DNA from: a virus
Lineage: Duplodnaviria; Caudoviricetes
Direction: 5' to 3' (one strand)
Length of the DNA stretch: 64,000 bases
Virus record (IMG/VR): IMGVR_UViG_2896201746_000001
Span: 1-64,000 of that record
The notes beneath the pieces are model-generated. The model had not been told where the DNA came from. It made no database searches and was given only the letters and a program-made list of their open reading frames with translations. Below are positions 36,120-45,600 of the stretch, piece by piece. Position 1 is the stretch's first letter. Each line of letters starts with the position of its first letter. The translations under genes were made by a program, and so were the position numbers.

Positions 36120-36905
36120 ATGATCGAAGTGGATCTGTCTTCCCTTCAAGAGTATGTCGAGAGCGGCGAAAAGCCTCGCCGGGCCGCCAAGCCGAAGCCC
36201 ACGCCGGAGAGCATCCGGCTGAAGGCGCTGGAGCAGCATGCCGGCCCGGAGGAGGAGGCCCTCGACAAGAGCTGCTGGTTCCCCTACCGGCGCATGCCGG
36301 CCTTCGAGCGGACCTGCCTGTTCGTCTTCGTCTACGACGCGGTGATGTCGGCGCATCTGGTCAGCCAGAATGCCGGCAACTTCTCGCTGACCGGCCGGGG
36401 CAAGGTGTCGGTCCTGAAGAAGGCCGAGAAGGAATCGCCATGGTTGTCGGTGAAGGACGGCGTGCCGCAGCTCTCCCGGCGCTGGCTCGGCTACATGAAG
36501 GCCCGCCGGCAGGCCGACGCCTGGTTCATGAGCTATGCCGACTATGTCGCCGGGGCGCTGCACGCCGCCCAGAAGCGCAACTGGCCCTACATGCCCTCGC
36601 CCGGCCAGCTCACCAGCGACAAGCTGCTCGGCCGCGCCGACGGCTTCGAGGAAGCGACGATCCCCTGGTATTATCGCGACCTGTACCGGGACAAGGTGCG
36701 CTTCTGCGACGCCCCCTACTTCCAGGCCCAGCATTACCGCGGAGAGCCGCTGCAGGTCGAGTATCTCGCCTACATCGCCGGAACGCTGCGCTCGACGACC
36801 GGCGACCGGGCTGCCGATCTGTGGGCACGCTATCAGCGCGATGGGAAGATCACGTCTTCCCTATCGTTCGCAGACGCGCTATCACAGTATCGTGTTTTTC
36901 AGTAA
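36120..36905 (+). CDS. Hypothetical replication-region protein
   Basis: About 261 aa between the SF2 helicase and dnaB; ARRQAD....Y..Y motif. Confidence 0.7.
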   Translation: MIEVDLSSLQEYVESGEKPRRAAKPKPTPESIRLKALEQHAGPEEEALDKSCWFPYRRMPAFERTCLFVFVYDAVMSAHLVSQNAGNFSLTGRGKVSVLKKAEKESPWLSVKDGVPQLSRRWLGYMKARRQADAWFMSYADYVAGALHAAQKRNWPYMPSPGQLTSDKLLGRADGFEEATIPWYYRDLYRDKVRFCDAPYFQAQHYRGEPLQVEYLAYIAGTLRSTTGDRAADLWARYQRDGKITSSLSFADALSQYRVFQ

Positions 36906-36928
36906 ACGATGACAGAAGGTGACAAGTT

Positions 36929-37180
36929 ATGAATGTTGCCGCGTTCACGCCGGAGCGCCGCTACCCCGTCTCGCGGCCGACGGTCAATGAGGTGGGCGTG
37001 CTGGCCGATCTGAAGACCAAGGGAGCGGCCATCACGGTCAAGCCGAAGGGGCAGACCGAGCTGATCGGCCGGATCGTCTGGTCGGATTTGAACTGCATCG
37101 CCGTCGAGGTTGCGACCGGCCGCGTCCGGGTCTTCAACAAGATCGAGCTGGAGTTCTGGGAATACGCCAGCGCCCACTGA
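36929..37180 (+). CDS. Hfq/Sm-like protein
   Basis: L..LK....ITV...G..L.G.I...D..CI.V.....VF.K pattern parallels Hfq Sm1/Sm2. Confidence 0.55.
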   Translation: MNVAAFTPERRYPVSRPTVNEVGVLADLKTKGAAITVKPKGQTELIGRIVWSDLNCIAVEVATGRVRVFNKIELEFWEYASAH

Positions 37181-37201
37181 GCACGCCTGGAGATCGTGTG
37201 T

Positions 37202-38653
37202 ATGTCGAATAGCCCCGTTACCATCCCCACCGCCTTCGCCGGCGTCACGGCGACCGTCAACCCCGCCACGGGAGCCGCCAGCGCCGCTGCCGCGCCGGCC
37301 GCCTTCACCCCTCCCCCGCCGCCCGAGGCGACGCCCTTCACCGACCCGGAGTTCGGCTCGAAGGTGCTGGCGCTGCTGGCGCTCGACGACCGCTATGCCC
37401 GTGAGGCCGCGAGCTACCTGAAGCCCGGCCATTTCGTCGGGCCGGTCGACCAGAACCTCGCCAAGATCATCCTGGCCTATGTGCGCACCTACAGCCAGCT
37501 CCCGGGCGACATCAAGGCGCTGGCCGAGGTGGTGAAGGCGCATCCCGACGTGCCGGCCGCCGAGAAACCGCTTTATGCCCGCCGGCTGGTCGAGCTGCAC
37601 ACGCTCAACCAGGCCATGCCCAACCGGGCATGGATTCGCGACCAGGCCGTCGACTTCTGCAAGCGCCAGGCCCTCATCATGCTGGCGAGCGAAATCCCGA
37701 CCCTGCTGTCGAAGCCGCACGCCGATTTCGGCAAGATCCGCGACGAGCTGCACCGCACGATGACCATCGGCGAGGGGCTGGGCGCGAATTTCCGCAACCT
37801 CTTCGACGCCGCCGAGATCGAGCGCCGCCGCGAGCGCCGCGACGCCACCGCGACCGGCAAGGGCCGGCTCGGCGTGCCGACCGGCATCGCGTCGCCGCGC
37901 TACAATCTCGACGACCTGCTCTATCACCGCGGTTGGGAGCGCGGTGCGTTCACCGGCATCATGGGCCGGGCGAAGATGGGCAAGACGACATTCTGCGCGC
38001 AGAGCGCCCTGCTGTCGGCCCAGCTTCACGGCCAGAACTGGCTTTACGTCTCGCTGGAGGTGTCGGACGAGATCATTGAAGACCGCACCGACGCGATGCT
38101 GACCGGCGTCAAGATGACCGATCTGCTCGCCAGCCGCGACGCCATCGCCAGCCAGGTCAACGGCCTGACCAAGCTCGGCAAGTTCTTCGTCGAGCGCTAT
38201 CCGGCCAACACCCTGACGACCGACGCCACCGACGCGCTGGTCGGCCGCTATTTCGACCGCGGCATCAAGCTGGACGGCGTCGTGGTCGACTATCTCGGCA
38301 TCATGCGCGTCACGCCGGCCGACGACCGCTACATCGGCCTGGGCAACGCGACCAAGGAGCTGCGCCGCATCGCCGGCAAATACGACGTCGCCATGCTGTC
38401 GCCGATCCAGACCAACCGCGACGGCGTCGGCAAGGCCAATGCCGGCATGGACAAGGTCGGCGAGAGCTTCGCGATCGTCCAGGACTGCGACCTGTTGCTG
38501 GCACTGAACGCGACCGACCAGGAAATCGCCGCCGGCGTCCGTCGGCTCACCGTCGCGGCCTCGCGCAACACCGGCGGCTTCACGATGAAGGTGAAGTCGA
38601 ACATGGAGGTGATGCGCATCGTGGAGGACGTGCTCGATGTCACCTACGACTAA
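37202..38653 (+). CDS. dnaB: DnaB-like replicative helicase
   Basis: GVPTG, GRAKMGKTT, YVSLE, VVVDYL, QTNR, ESFAIVQDCD. Confidence 0.92.
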   Translation: MSNSPVTIPTAFAGVTATVNPATGAASAAAAPAAFTPPPPPEATPFTDPEFGSKVLALLALDDRYAREAASYLKPGHFVGPVDQNLAKIILAYVRTYSQLPGDIKALAEVVKAHPDVPAAEKPLYARRLVELHTLNQAMPNRAWIRDQAVDFCKRQALIMLASEIPTLLSKPHADFGKIRDELHRTMTIGEGLGANFRNLFDAAEIERRRERRDATATGKGRLGVPTGIASPRYNLDDLLYHRGWERGAFTGIMGRAKMGKTTFCAQSALLSAQLHGQNWLYVSLEVSDEIIEDRTDAMLTGVKMTDLLASRDAIASQVNGLTKLGKFFVERYPANTLTTDATDALVGRYFDRGIKLDGVVVDYLGIMRVTPADDRYIGLGNATKELRRIAGKYDVAMLSPIQTNRDGVGKANAGMDKVGESFAIVQDCDLLLALNATDQEIAAGVRRLTVAASRNTGGFTMKVKSNMEVMRIVEDVLDVTYD

Positions 38654-39251
38654 GGAGCCGTTCGTCCCGGGCGCGGACGGGATTCCGCTGATCTGCGAGG
38701 AGTTTGCCCAGGCGGCGATGGCACGCAACCAGCGCGCGGTGTTCGTCGGCGTGTCGAGCAGCAGCCGGCTGTCGCGGCGCGTCGACCGGGCCTGTGCCCG
38801 GGCCGTCGCCGCCTTCCCGCTCGACTTCATCACCACGCGGCCGGATGGCGAGCGGCGCATCTGCACCGACCGCCTGACCGGCGTCGACCTCCTGGTTTCC
38901 CGCGCCCCGGCCCAGGCCCACGAGTATCCCGAGATCCCTTGGGCCTTCTGGATGAAGAGTTCCTACGAGGTGGCCGTGCTGCTGGCCGACAAGGCGTCCG
39001 ATCTGCTCTGGATCGACCCCGGAGTCGTCCCGGCGGCACGCGAGTTCGAGGAGCGTTTCTTCGACATGGACTGGCAGGCCTATTCCCGCGGCGTCCCATC
39101 GGCCATCGGCTGGCCCACGGCGCAGTGGGAGGCGGTTCAGGCGAACGCGAGCATGGCACGGGCCGCCACGCGGATCATCGAGCGGCGCTGGTTTCCGCGG
39201 GAGGAGGATTCTACCTCCAAAGTGGCACCCGAATGGAGCGAGGGTTGGTAG
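38637..39251 (+). CDS. Hypothetical protein ending WSEGW
   Basis: 204 aa overlapping the dnaB end. Confidence 0.65.
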   Translation: MSPTTKEPFVPGADGIPLICEEFAQAAMARNQRAVFVGVSSSSRLSRRVDRACARAVAAFPLDFITTRPDGERRICTDRLTGVDLLVSRAPAQAHEYPEIPWAFWMKSSYEVAVLLADKASDLLWIDPGVVPAAREFEERFFDMDWQAYSRGVPSAIGWPTAQWEAVQANASMARAATRIIERRWFPREEDSTSKVAPEWSEGW

Positions 39252-39329
39252 TTTCTTCTTGAATTTCACTAAGCGCTGACATATAAGCAACTCAGCTAAT
39301 CGAGTGTTTTTGGAGAGGCAAAGCCAACC

Positions 39330-39686
39330 ATGAAGTTTTCCGTCGTCGGGTCCAAGGCCTTTCGCGACGCCCATGATGCGTTCGCCGAAGCCAGCAAGGC
39401 AGCCGCTGAAGGGCGCGAACTTCCGCCGGCTGAAACCGCCGAGTTCGAGACGACCGCGCTGGTCAACGACTTCTACCGCGTCCACACGCTGACCGTCGGC
39501 GAGGACGGCAAGCTGGCCGTTACCGGCCAGTTCTTCGCCCGCACCATCGACGACATCTTCGCCGGGGCCGGCGACCGCGGCCTGATCCGCTACGAGCGCA
39601 TCAACGTCTTCCCGTTCCGCCAGCCGGCCGAACGTGCCCCGCGTGCCCCGCGTGCCTCCCGAAAGCTCGCCACCGCTCACGGCTGA
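39330..39686 (+). CDS. Hypothetical protein
   Basis: 118 aa, good codon usage, follows a 16-bp box. Confidence 0.7.
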   Translation: MKFSVVGSKAFRDAHDAFAEASKAAAEGRELPPAETAEFETTALVNDFYRVHTLTVGEDGKLAVTGQFFARTIDDIFAGAGDRGLIRYERINVFPFRQPAERAPRAPRASRKLATAHG

Positions 39687-39701
39687 TCCCGAGGTGCCCC
39701 G

Positions 39702-40181
39702 ATGACCCAATTCAAGCTCGGCCAGACCATGCGTGACCGCGCCTCCGGCTTCACCGGAATCGCCGTCTCGCGCTTCGACTTCCTCAACGGCAACGTCCAG
39801 TACAGCCTCCAGCCGAAGGCACCGGAAGGCGCGACGACCCTGCCCGAGGCCGTCAGCTTCGACATCCAGCAGCTCGAAGTCGTCGATGCCGGCATCAGCG
39901 ACACCGCCAGCAAGCCCGCCCGCACGCCGATCCGCGTCGGCCAGAAGGTAAAGGACACGATCACCGGCCTGACCGGCGTCGCCACGATGCAGGCGACCTA
40001 CATGAACGGCTGCGTCAGCTTCCTGGTTACGCCGCGCCGCCGGCTCCTGCGCGAGAACGACGCGGAATGGGTGAGCAGCGTGCGTCTGACCGCCATCGAC
40101 GAGAAGCCCGCCATCGAGCCGCCCAAGTCCGAGAAGCCCACCGGCGGCCCGCCGATGCGCGGCGTTCCCCGCGCCGCCTGA
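39702..40181 (+). CDS. Hypothetical protein with two tandem SH3/KOW-like repeats
   Basis: LGQTMRDRASGFTG..LNG and VGQKVKDTITGLTG..MNG; GAGG RBS. Confidence 0.75.
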   Translation: MTQFKLGQTMRDRASGFTGIAVSRFDFLNGNVQYSLQPKAPEGATTLPEAVSFDIQQLEVVDAGISDTASKPARTPIRVGQKVKDTITGLTGVATMQATYMNGCVSFLVTPRRRLLRENDAEWVSSVRLTAIDEKPAIEPPKSEKPTGGPPMRGVPRAA

Positions 40182-40214
40182 TCTCTCACCCACCGCTCAG
40201 CAATAGGAAAGACC

Positions 40215-40409
40215 ATGAGCACCAGCACCTTCGCCGTCGGCAGCCGCGTCACCTTCCGTCCCGGCCGCTCCAAGACTTTCGTCACCGGCGTTGTCGAGCA
40301 GGTCATCCTGCCGACCACGACCGGCCGCGGCGCGTCCGTGTTCCTGGCCGTGAAGTGCGACGACGGCGTCGTGCGCAAGACCCGGCCGGGTGCCTGCCGG
40401 GCCGCCTGA
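40215..40409 (+). CDS. Small hypothetical protein
   Basis: 64 aa with AGGA RBS; FAVGSRV start. Confidence 0.6.
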   Translation: MSTSTFAVGSRVTFRPGRSKTFVTGVVEQVILPTTTGRGASVFLAVKCDDGVVRKTRPGACRAA

Positions 40410-40508
40410 CGGCCGAGCCGATGGGGTCATTGCCCTATCGTCTCATTGCTCTATTGACCAATGGGCCGGGCGCTGTCGCCCGGCCCGCGGCGTTTCTAGG
40501 GAACCCCA

Positions 40509-41591
40509 ATGGCGGTTGATCTCCTGCAGCGGGCCGTCCAGGCCTTCGACGTGCGCGATTGGCTGTCCGAGCGCGTGCGTGTCCACAAGTCCGGCCCGAC
40601 CAACATCTCGGCGAACGAGTGCCCGATCTGCGGCAAGAAGAACGCGAAGTTCTACGCCCGCGCCAATGGCGACCGGCACAACGGCAGCTTCACAGCCTAC
40701 TGCTGTCATCACTCCGGCGGCCTGCTGACGCTGATCGGGCTGGTCGAGGGCTTCACGCGCGAGGAGGCGGTCGATTTCCTGATCGAGCGGCTGGAGGGCG
40801 AGGAGACGCGCATCATCCCGGTCCTGCGCGAAGCCGAGCCGGCCGTCGAGCAGCGCCCGCTCCCTGACTTGCCGCAGCCGCTCTACCCGGCCGTTCCCGA
40901 CTATCCGATCTTCGTGAAGGGCGAGCAGCGCACGCTCGCCTGGCGCGGGGCCGACCGCTACATCATCGACCGGCACGGGCTGGGGCTGACCTACATCGGC
41001 ACGGTCTACGGCAAGGACGACCGCGGCCGGCCGCAGCGCCGCAAGGATCTCGACTACCGGCTGGTGATCCCGATCCGTCGCGGTGCCGACGTCATCGGCT
41101 GGCAGGCCCGCGACCTCACCGACAGCTCCAAGCGCAAGTACCTGTTCCCCGCCGGCGACATGTCGCGCGAATGGCTCTACAACCTCGACGCCCATGAGGG
41201 CGCGACGATCATCATCACCGAAGGCGTGTTCCACAAGTGGGCCTGGGATCGCTTCGGGCTGCGCTACGGCTGCGGCTATGACCGGATGGCCGTCGCCAGC
41301 TTCGGCAAGAGCCTGACTGCCGCACAGATCGACCTGCTGATCGCCCGGCCGCAGATCACCGACGTCGTCCTGGCCTGGGATCTCGACGCCGCCCCTGAGA
41401 TCGACAAGATCGCGAAGCTGCTGGTCGGCCGCAAGCGCGTCCATGTCATGCACGCCCACCCGTCCGGACGCGACCATGACGAGCTGGACGATGCCGAGCT
41501 GGCCGGCCTGCTGCGCGGGATCGAGCCGTACACCCCGGAGCTGGGCGTGCGCATGAAGACTGCCCTCGCGCTCGCCAACATGGCGCGCTAG
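40509..41591 (+). CDS. DNA primase (zinc finger plus TOPRIM)
   Basis: CPIC zinc finger, RLVIPI..IGWQARD..KY, ITEG.F, LAWDLD. Confidence 0.88.
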   Translation: MAVDLLQRAVQAFDVRDWLSERVRVHKSGPTNISANECPICGKKNAKFYARANGDRHNGSFTAYCCHHSGGLLTLIGLVEGFTREEAVDFLIERLEGEETRIIPVLREAEPAVEQRPLPDLPQPLYPAVPDYPIFVKGEQRTLAWRGADRYIIDRHGLGLTYIGTVYGKDDRGRPQRRKDLDYRLVIPIRRGADVIGWQARDLTDSSKRKYLFPAGDMSREWLYNLDAHEGATIIITEGVFHKWAWDRFGLRYGCGYDRMAVASFGKSLTAAQIDLLIARPQITDVVLAWDLDAAPEIDKIAKLLVGRKRVHVMHAHPSGRDHDELDDAELAGLLRGIEPYTPELGVRMKTALALANMAR

Positions 41592-41652
41592 TTCTTGCCG
41601 CATTATCAGTCATCGCTTAACATCATCTTATCGTTTGTTTGTGGAGTTCGCT

Positions 41653-42246
41653 ATGTCCCTGGATTCCCTCGACCCCGCCTGGGCCAAGCTGGTGCAGGAA
41701 GGCTACGCCGCGGTGACAACGGACACGACGCCCGACAGCAAGCCCCGCATCGTCGAGCTGGCCGAGATCGTCAGCCGGGCGGCGCAGCATTTCGTTCAGG
41801 TCGGCCCGGCCGTCGTTCTCGACGCCGCGATCCTGCTGCTCGACAGCAGCAAGGGCGGGCGCGGCATGCGGATCTTCGTGAAGGCCGCCGACGCCGCCGG
41901 CGAGTTGCACAGCCTGATGCTGAGCGGCAACACGAAATACATCGACCTCAAGCTGCGCGAGTACCGCAGCGCCAAGGACGACACCTTCAAGTTCGACAAT
42001 TCCGCTGAATTAACAGAGGACTACCTGTTCTACCTCGCCCGAAAGGCGAACAAGTTAAAGCGGAATGGCAACAACGCGCCGGACATCAATCCGTCCTGGT
42101 CGAGCGCGGTGCTCGCCGAGGTGAAGGCCCGCTGGCAACCCGCTGCCGCGACACCGATAATCGCACCGCCGACGTCGACGGTGCTGCCCTGGCAGACGGC
42201 ACCGGCTGCGCCGGTTGTGGCCGGTGAATGGTCGGAGGGCTGGTGA
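41653..42246 (+). CDS. Hypothetical protein ending WSEGW
   Basis: 197 aa, GGAG RBS, follows a 16-bp box. Confidence 0.7.
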   Translation: MSLDSLDPAWAKLVQEGYAAVTTDTTPDSKPRIVELAEIVSRAAQHFVQVGPAVVLDAAILLLDSSKGGRGMRIFVKAADAAGELHSLMLSGNTKYIDLKLREYRSAKDDTFKFDNSAELTEDYLFYLARKANKLKRNGNNAPDINPSWSSAVLAEVKARWQPAAATPIIAPPTSTVLPWQTAPAAPVVAGEWSEGW

Positions 42247-42707
42247 TGTCGACCATCAAGATTCGCGTCACCTATCTGGAGTGCCGCACCGGCCACTCGA
42301 ACAAGTGGTATGTCGGCGTCGACCTGTCCGAGGCGATCGCCGACGGCGAGGAGCGGGCGCTGGTCGGTCATGGCCCGATCGGCTCGATCCAGTCGCTGAC
42401 CGCGACGACGGTACGCGACATGAGCGCCAAGCTGCGCCAGAAGCAGTCGGCGCGGAAAGGCTACGACAGGGCAACGTTCGAGTTCGGCTCGGCCTGGGGC
42501 CGCACGCTCGCCGAGGCGCTGATCCGCAAGACCAAGGAGCTGCTCGGCAGCACGCTGGGGCCGGCCGTGGCAAGCGTCACAACGGAGATGGATGGCGCGG
42601 GCGGGCTGTGGCTGAAGCTCGATCTCGGCGAGATCGCGGAGACGCCCGCTCCATCCGCGCCGGCCGATGTCGTGCTCGACGACGCGCCATGGGCCGAGGG
42701 CTGGTGA
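42246..42707 (+). CDS. WGR-domain-like protein ending WAEGW
   Basis: HSNKWY..HGPIGS..KGY resembles the WGR nKFY..wGRIG..KGY pattern; TGATG coupling. Confidence 0.6.
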   Translation: MSTIKIRVTYLECRTGHSNKWYVGVDLSEAIADGEERALVGHGPIGSIQSLTATTVRDMSAKLRQKQSARKGYDRATFEFGSAWGRTLAEALIRKTKELLGSTLGPAVASVTTEMDGAGGLWLKLDLGEIAETPAPSAPADVVLDDAPWAEGW

Positions 42708-43129
42708 TGCCGGCGCTGGGAACGCTTGAGGCCGACTTCATCCTGATGGCCGACGAGCTGCTGGTCTGGGCGATGAAGCGCCAGCTCGATCCCGACCGCC
42801 CGGAGGATCTCGCCGAGATCCGCAAGAAGGCGCTTCAGCTCTTCGAGATGGACATCGTCCACGGCATCTTTCACCACGCCGACCAGGTTGTCGCGGACAT
42901 GGTGGCGCGGGTCACGCGCGATCTGCGCAGCGAGAAAGGCGTGCTGGAGACGATCAGGGCGACGATGGCGCGGATCAGGCGGCACGAGGAGCATCGGAGC
43001 GCCGTCGAGGAGCTGCAGGCCCTCCAGCGCCATCTGCCGCTCCTTGAGCGCCTGTCGGCCCGCCTGGAGGAATTGGCGGCACCGCTGCTCGAACAGCGCG
43101 CGGCGTATGAGGCATGCGAAGGGTGGTAA
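42707..43129 (+). CDS. Hypothetical helical protein ending CEGW
   Basis: 140 aa; TGATG coupling. Confidence 0.65.
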   Translation: MPALGTLEADFILMADELLVWAMKRQLDPDRPEDLAEIRKKALQLFEMDIVHGIFHHADQVVADMVARVTRDLRSEKGVLETIRATMARIRRHEEHRSAVEELQALQRHLPLLERLSARLEELAAPLLEQRAAYEACEGW

Positions 43130-43200
43130 CGCTTGCGCTCGCCGCGCGGCGTTTCAGCATGCGACTATCATTCATCAATGAGTGTTTGCGAGGTCTTGAC

Positions 43201-43758
43201 ATGAACGTCGATGCCGAAGCCGGAAACAACTTCTTCCAGTTCCAGTGCCAGATGTCCGGCCAGCGCCATTTCTACGGCGGCTGCCAGTACCGGATCGCCA
43301 AGATTGAGGCGCGCGAGGACCGCGGTCGCTGGCCGGAATGCGTCGGCGCGCTCGGCCGCGGCCAGTGCCCGGCCAAGGCGATGTTCGAGAAGGAAGTCGC
43401 GCACTGGGCGACGATCTTCTACCGCGACCGCGACGACTGCGGCCCCGGCATCGTCAAGCGCGCCGAGCTGGGCATGCCCGCCCGCAGCGAGCGCGAGGTC
43501 GCCGAGCATCACGAGCTGCTCCGCCAGCAGGGCCAGCAGCCTTACAAGCCCGTCGAACTGACGGCCAAGCAGATCGAGGCGCTCGCCCGCCAGCGGCAGA
43601 TTTCCGAGGCCATGAGCGCCGCCGTCGAGGCCCGCTCGAAGCGCTCGGGAAGCAAAAAGGACGCGCCCGCCCCGGCTCCCAAGCGCGACGTCGATCCGTT
43701 CGCCGGCATCGACCTGGGATCGCTCATCAACCAGGAGCTGGAGGGAGTGGCCGCCTGA
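43201..43758 (+). CDS. Cys-containing hypothetical protein
   Basis: 185 aa, four Cys in the N-terminal part; C-terminal AGIDLGSLINQ. Confidence 0.7.
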   Translation: MNVDAEAGNNFFQFQCQMSGQRHFYGGCQYRIAKIEAREDRGRWPECVGALGRGQCPAKAMFEKEVAHWATIFYRDRDDCGPGIVKRAELGMPARSEREVAEHHELLRQQGQQPYKPVELTAKQIEALARQRQISEAMSAAVEARSKRSGSKKDAPAPAPKRDVDPFAGIDLGSLINQELEGVAA

Positions 43759-44066
43759 TGTCCCAACTCTACACCATCACCATCCGCCGCGTCCGGCTGC
43801 GCTATCTGGCCGACGGCACGCTGGTCGAGGAATCGGTGACGCAGACGATCAGCGGCCTGCCGCCGGCGCTGGTCGAGACGTGGAGGCGGGACTTCCCGCA
43901 GGCCTTCGTCTCGGCCATCGCAGAGGACGCGCATTACGACAAGCGCCGGCCCGGCCAGTATTGCAGCACCGGCGGCCGGCCGGGCATTGCCGAGCGCCGC
44001 GCCCAGGCCACGCGCAAGCCCTCGCCAGCGCCGGCCGGCATCGACCTGGGATCGCTCATCAACCAG
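43702..44066 (+). repeat. 33-bp exact direct repeat in two adjacent genes
   Basis: GCCGGCATCGACCTGGGATCGCTCATCAACCAG at 43702-43734 and 44034-44066. Confidence 0.9.
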
Positions 44067-44081
44067 CAGCTCCAGGAATGA
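43758..44081 (+). CDS. Hypothetical protein
   Basis: 107 aa; C-terminal AGIDLGSLINQ; TGATG coupling. Confidence 0.65.
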   Translation: MSQLYTITIRRVRLRYLADGTLVEESVTQTISGLPPALVETWRRDFPQAFVSAIAEDAHYDKRRPGQYCSTGGRPGIAERRAQATRKPSPAPAGIDLGSLINQQLQE

Positions 44082-44266
44082 GCGCCGACCGCTTTGTCGT
44101 CATCCGCAACTGCCCGCAGATGCCGCTTCTGGTCGGCGTGCGGGCACGGATCACCAACATCGACTATGTGCCGTTCGCCGAGCGCCGCAATGCGCTGGTC
44201 GAGGTCGAGACGCCCGCCGGGCATCGGGAGTGGCTGATGCTGTCGGACGTCTCGCTTGCGTCATGA
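44078..44266 (+). CDS. Small hypothetical protein
   Basis: 62 aa MSADRFVV..; ATGA overlap. Confidence 0.55.
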   Translation: MSADRFVVIRNCPQMPLLVGVRARITNIDYVPFAERRNALVEVETPAGHREWLMLSDVSLAS

Positions 44267-44342
44267 TGGCGCGGCGGGCTGGTTATACGGGATAGTCCGG
44301 TGTAGGTGTGCTGAGCGAATGCCACGATGGGAAGATAAGGAA

Positions 44343-44702
44343 ATGACAAAAGTTACCGAGCTATATTTGGTGGAAAAAACCCATCACATCAAAACCTCTG
44401 ACGGAAAAGAATATTACTATGGCAGTCTCCCAATGCAGCCGTACATAAAGTGGGTTGGGCTGAATGGAATAGACAACGAATATATCTATACTTTGCAGAA
44501 GTCTCTCGATGAGACCATTATCGGGTCAATAGTCTTTCGAGAGCTGCCACAAGGCGTCCATTTTGTTGGAGCATCAATTCTGGAGAGTCTTAGGAGACTC
44601 GACAAAGATCAAAGGTATTCGGATATTCTCGATAGGATACCGGCCGAACTTCTTGGGCAGCTTGCGGTAGACAACGCCCATCACAAGGATTTTAAAGGCT
44701 AG
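44343..44702 (+). CDS. Lower-GC hypothetical protein (moron-like)
   Basis: 119 aa, TAAGGA RBS, AT-rich codons; stop overlaps the rep stop in CTAG. Confidence 0.65.
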   Translation: MTKVTELYLVEKTHHIKTSDGKEYYYGSLPMQPYIKWVGLNGIDNEYIYTLQKSLDETIIGSIVFRELPQGVHFVGASILESLRRLDKDQRYSDILDRIPAELLGQLAVDNAHHKDFKG

Positions 44703-45565
44703 GTCTTCTTCTCGTCTCCAAGGAGGTCGAGCTGCACCGCGTCGACCTTCTTGGCGATCCTGGCCTTCCGCCCGACCTTGTGCCGCTTCACCTCGGCCGC
44801 GGCCTCCTTGAGCGCGTCCTCCTCCTTCGGGAACCAGCGCAGCTCGACATGGGTGATCGCCCGCCCCTTCTTCACCGGCGACACCTGGACATGACAGCTC
44901 GACAGCGCGTCGACCTCGGCGACGGCCGGCTCCAGGCAGAAGCGCCGGAAGTCCTGCCAGCGCTCCATCTTGCCCTTCGGCACGCCCAGCGCCGCGCGCA
45001 GCGCCTCCAGCTCGAACGTCTCGGTGAAGCGCCCGCGCAGGCCCGCCCGCTTCTGGACGATCTCGTAGAGCGCTTGGCTGTATTTCGAGGTCATCGCCAG
45101 CATGACCTGCGCCTGCAACCGACCCCAATGGTCCGACTTCGTGATGATCTCGATCACGGTGTCGGTGAAGCGGTAGTAGAGGTTGCCGTCCGGGTCGTCG
45201 TGGGTGAAGCGCGGGCCGAGGATGTAGTCCCTGTACCAGCCCGGCTTGCCGTCGCGCGTCTGCCGCATCTCGATCTGTACCGAGCGCAGCCGGTCGATCG
45301 TCTCATTGATCCGGTCGGTGCTGTCGTGGTTGCCGCGCAGCAGGCGCTTGGCGATGACATGTTCCTTCTTCTCCGTGATCGTCTCCCAGGCGTTGACGAT
45401 CAGCAGGTTGAAGACGGTGCGGTCATATTGGGTCAGGGCTTCGCCGCCGCGAATCTCAATCAGCTCCCCCGGCTTGGGGAAGCTGCCATCGCCGCCTTCG
45501 TAGGCTAGAAGCGGTTGGCCGACGATCGGCTGGTTGACTGTCCGTGATCCCATGGGGCCGGACAT
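44699..45565 (-). CDS. Plasmid replication initiator, Rep_3 family
   Basis: KPGELIEI..DR..FN.L..NAW, SKYS.ALYE, LR..LGVP.GK..RW.DF....LEPAV.EV; iterons upstream; exact start uncertain. Confidence 0.9.
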   Translation of the reverse strand: MSGPMGSRTVNQPIVGQPLLAYEGGDGSFPKPGELIEIRGGEALTQYDRTVFNLLIVNAWETITEKKEHVIAKRLLRGNHDSTDRINETIDRLRSVQIEMRQTRDGKPGWYRDYILGPRFTHDDPDGNLYYRFTDTVIEIITKSDHWGRLQAQVMLAMTSKYSQALYEIVQKRAGLRGRFTETFELEALRAALGVPKGKMERWQDFRRFCLEPAVAEVDALSSCHVQVSPVKKGRAITHVELRWFPKEEDALKEAAAEVKRHKVGRKARIAKKVDAVQLDLLGDEKKT

Positions 45566-45600
45566 TACATGGCCGCGCAGCGCGAAGCGAGCGCCAGCCC

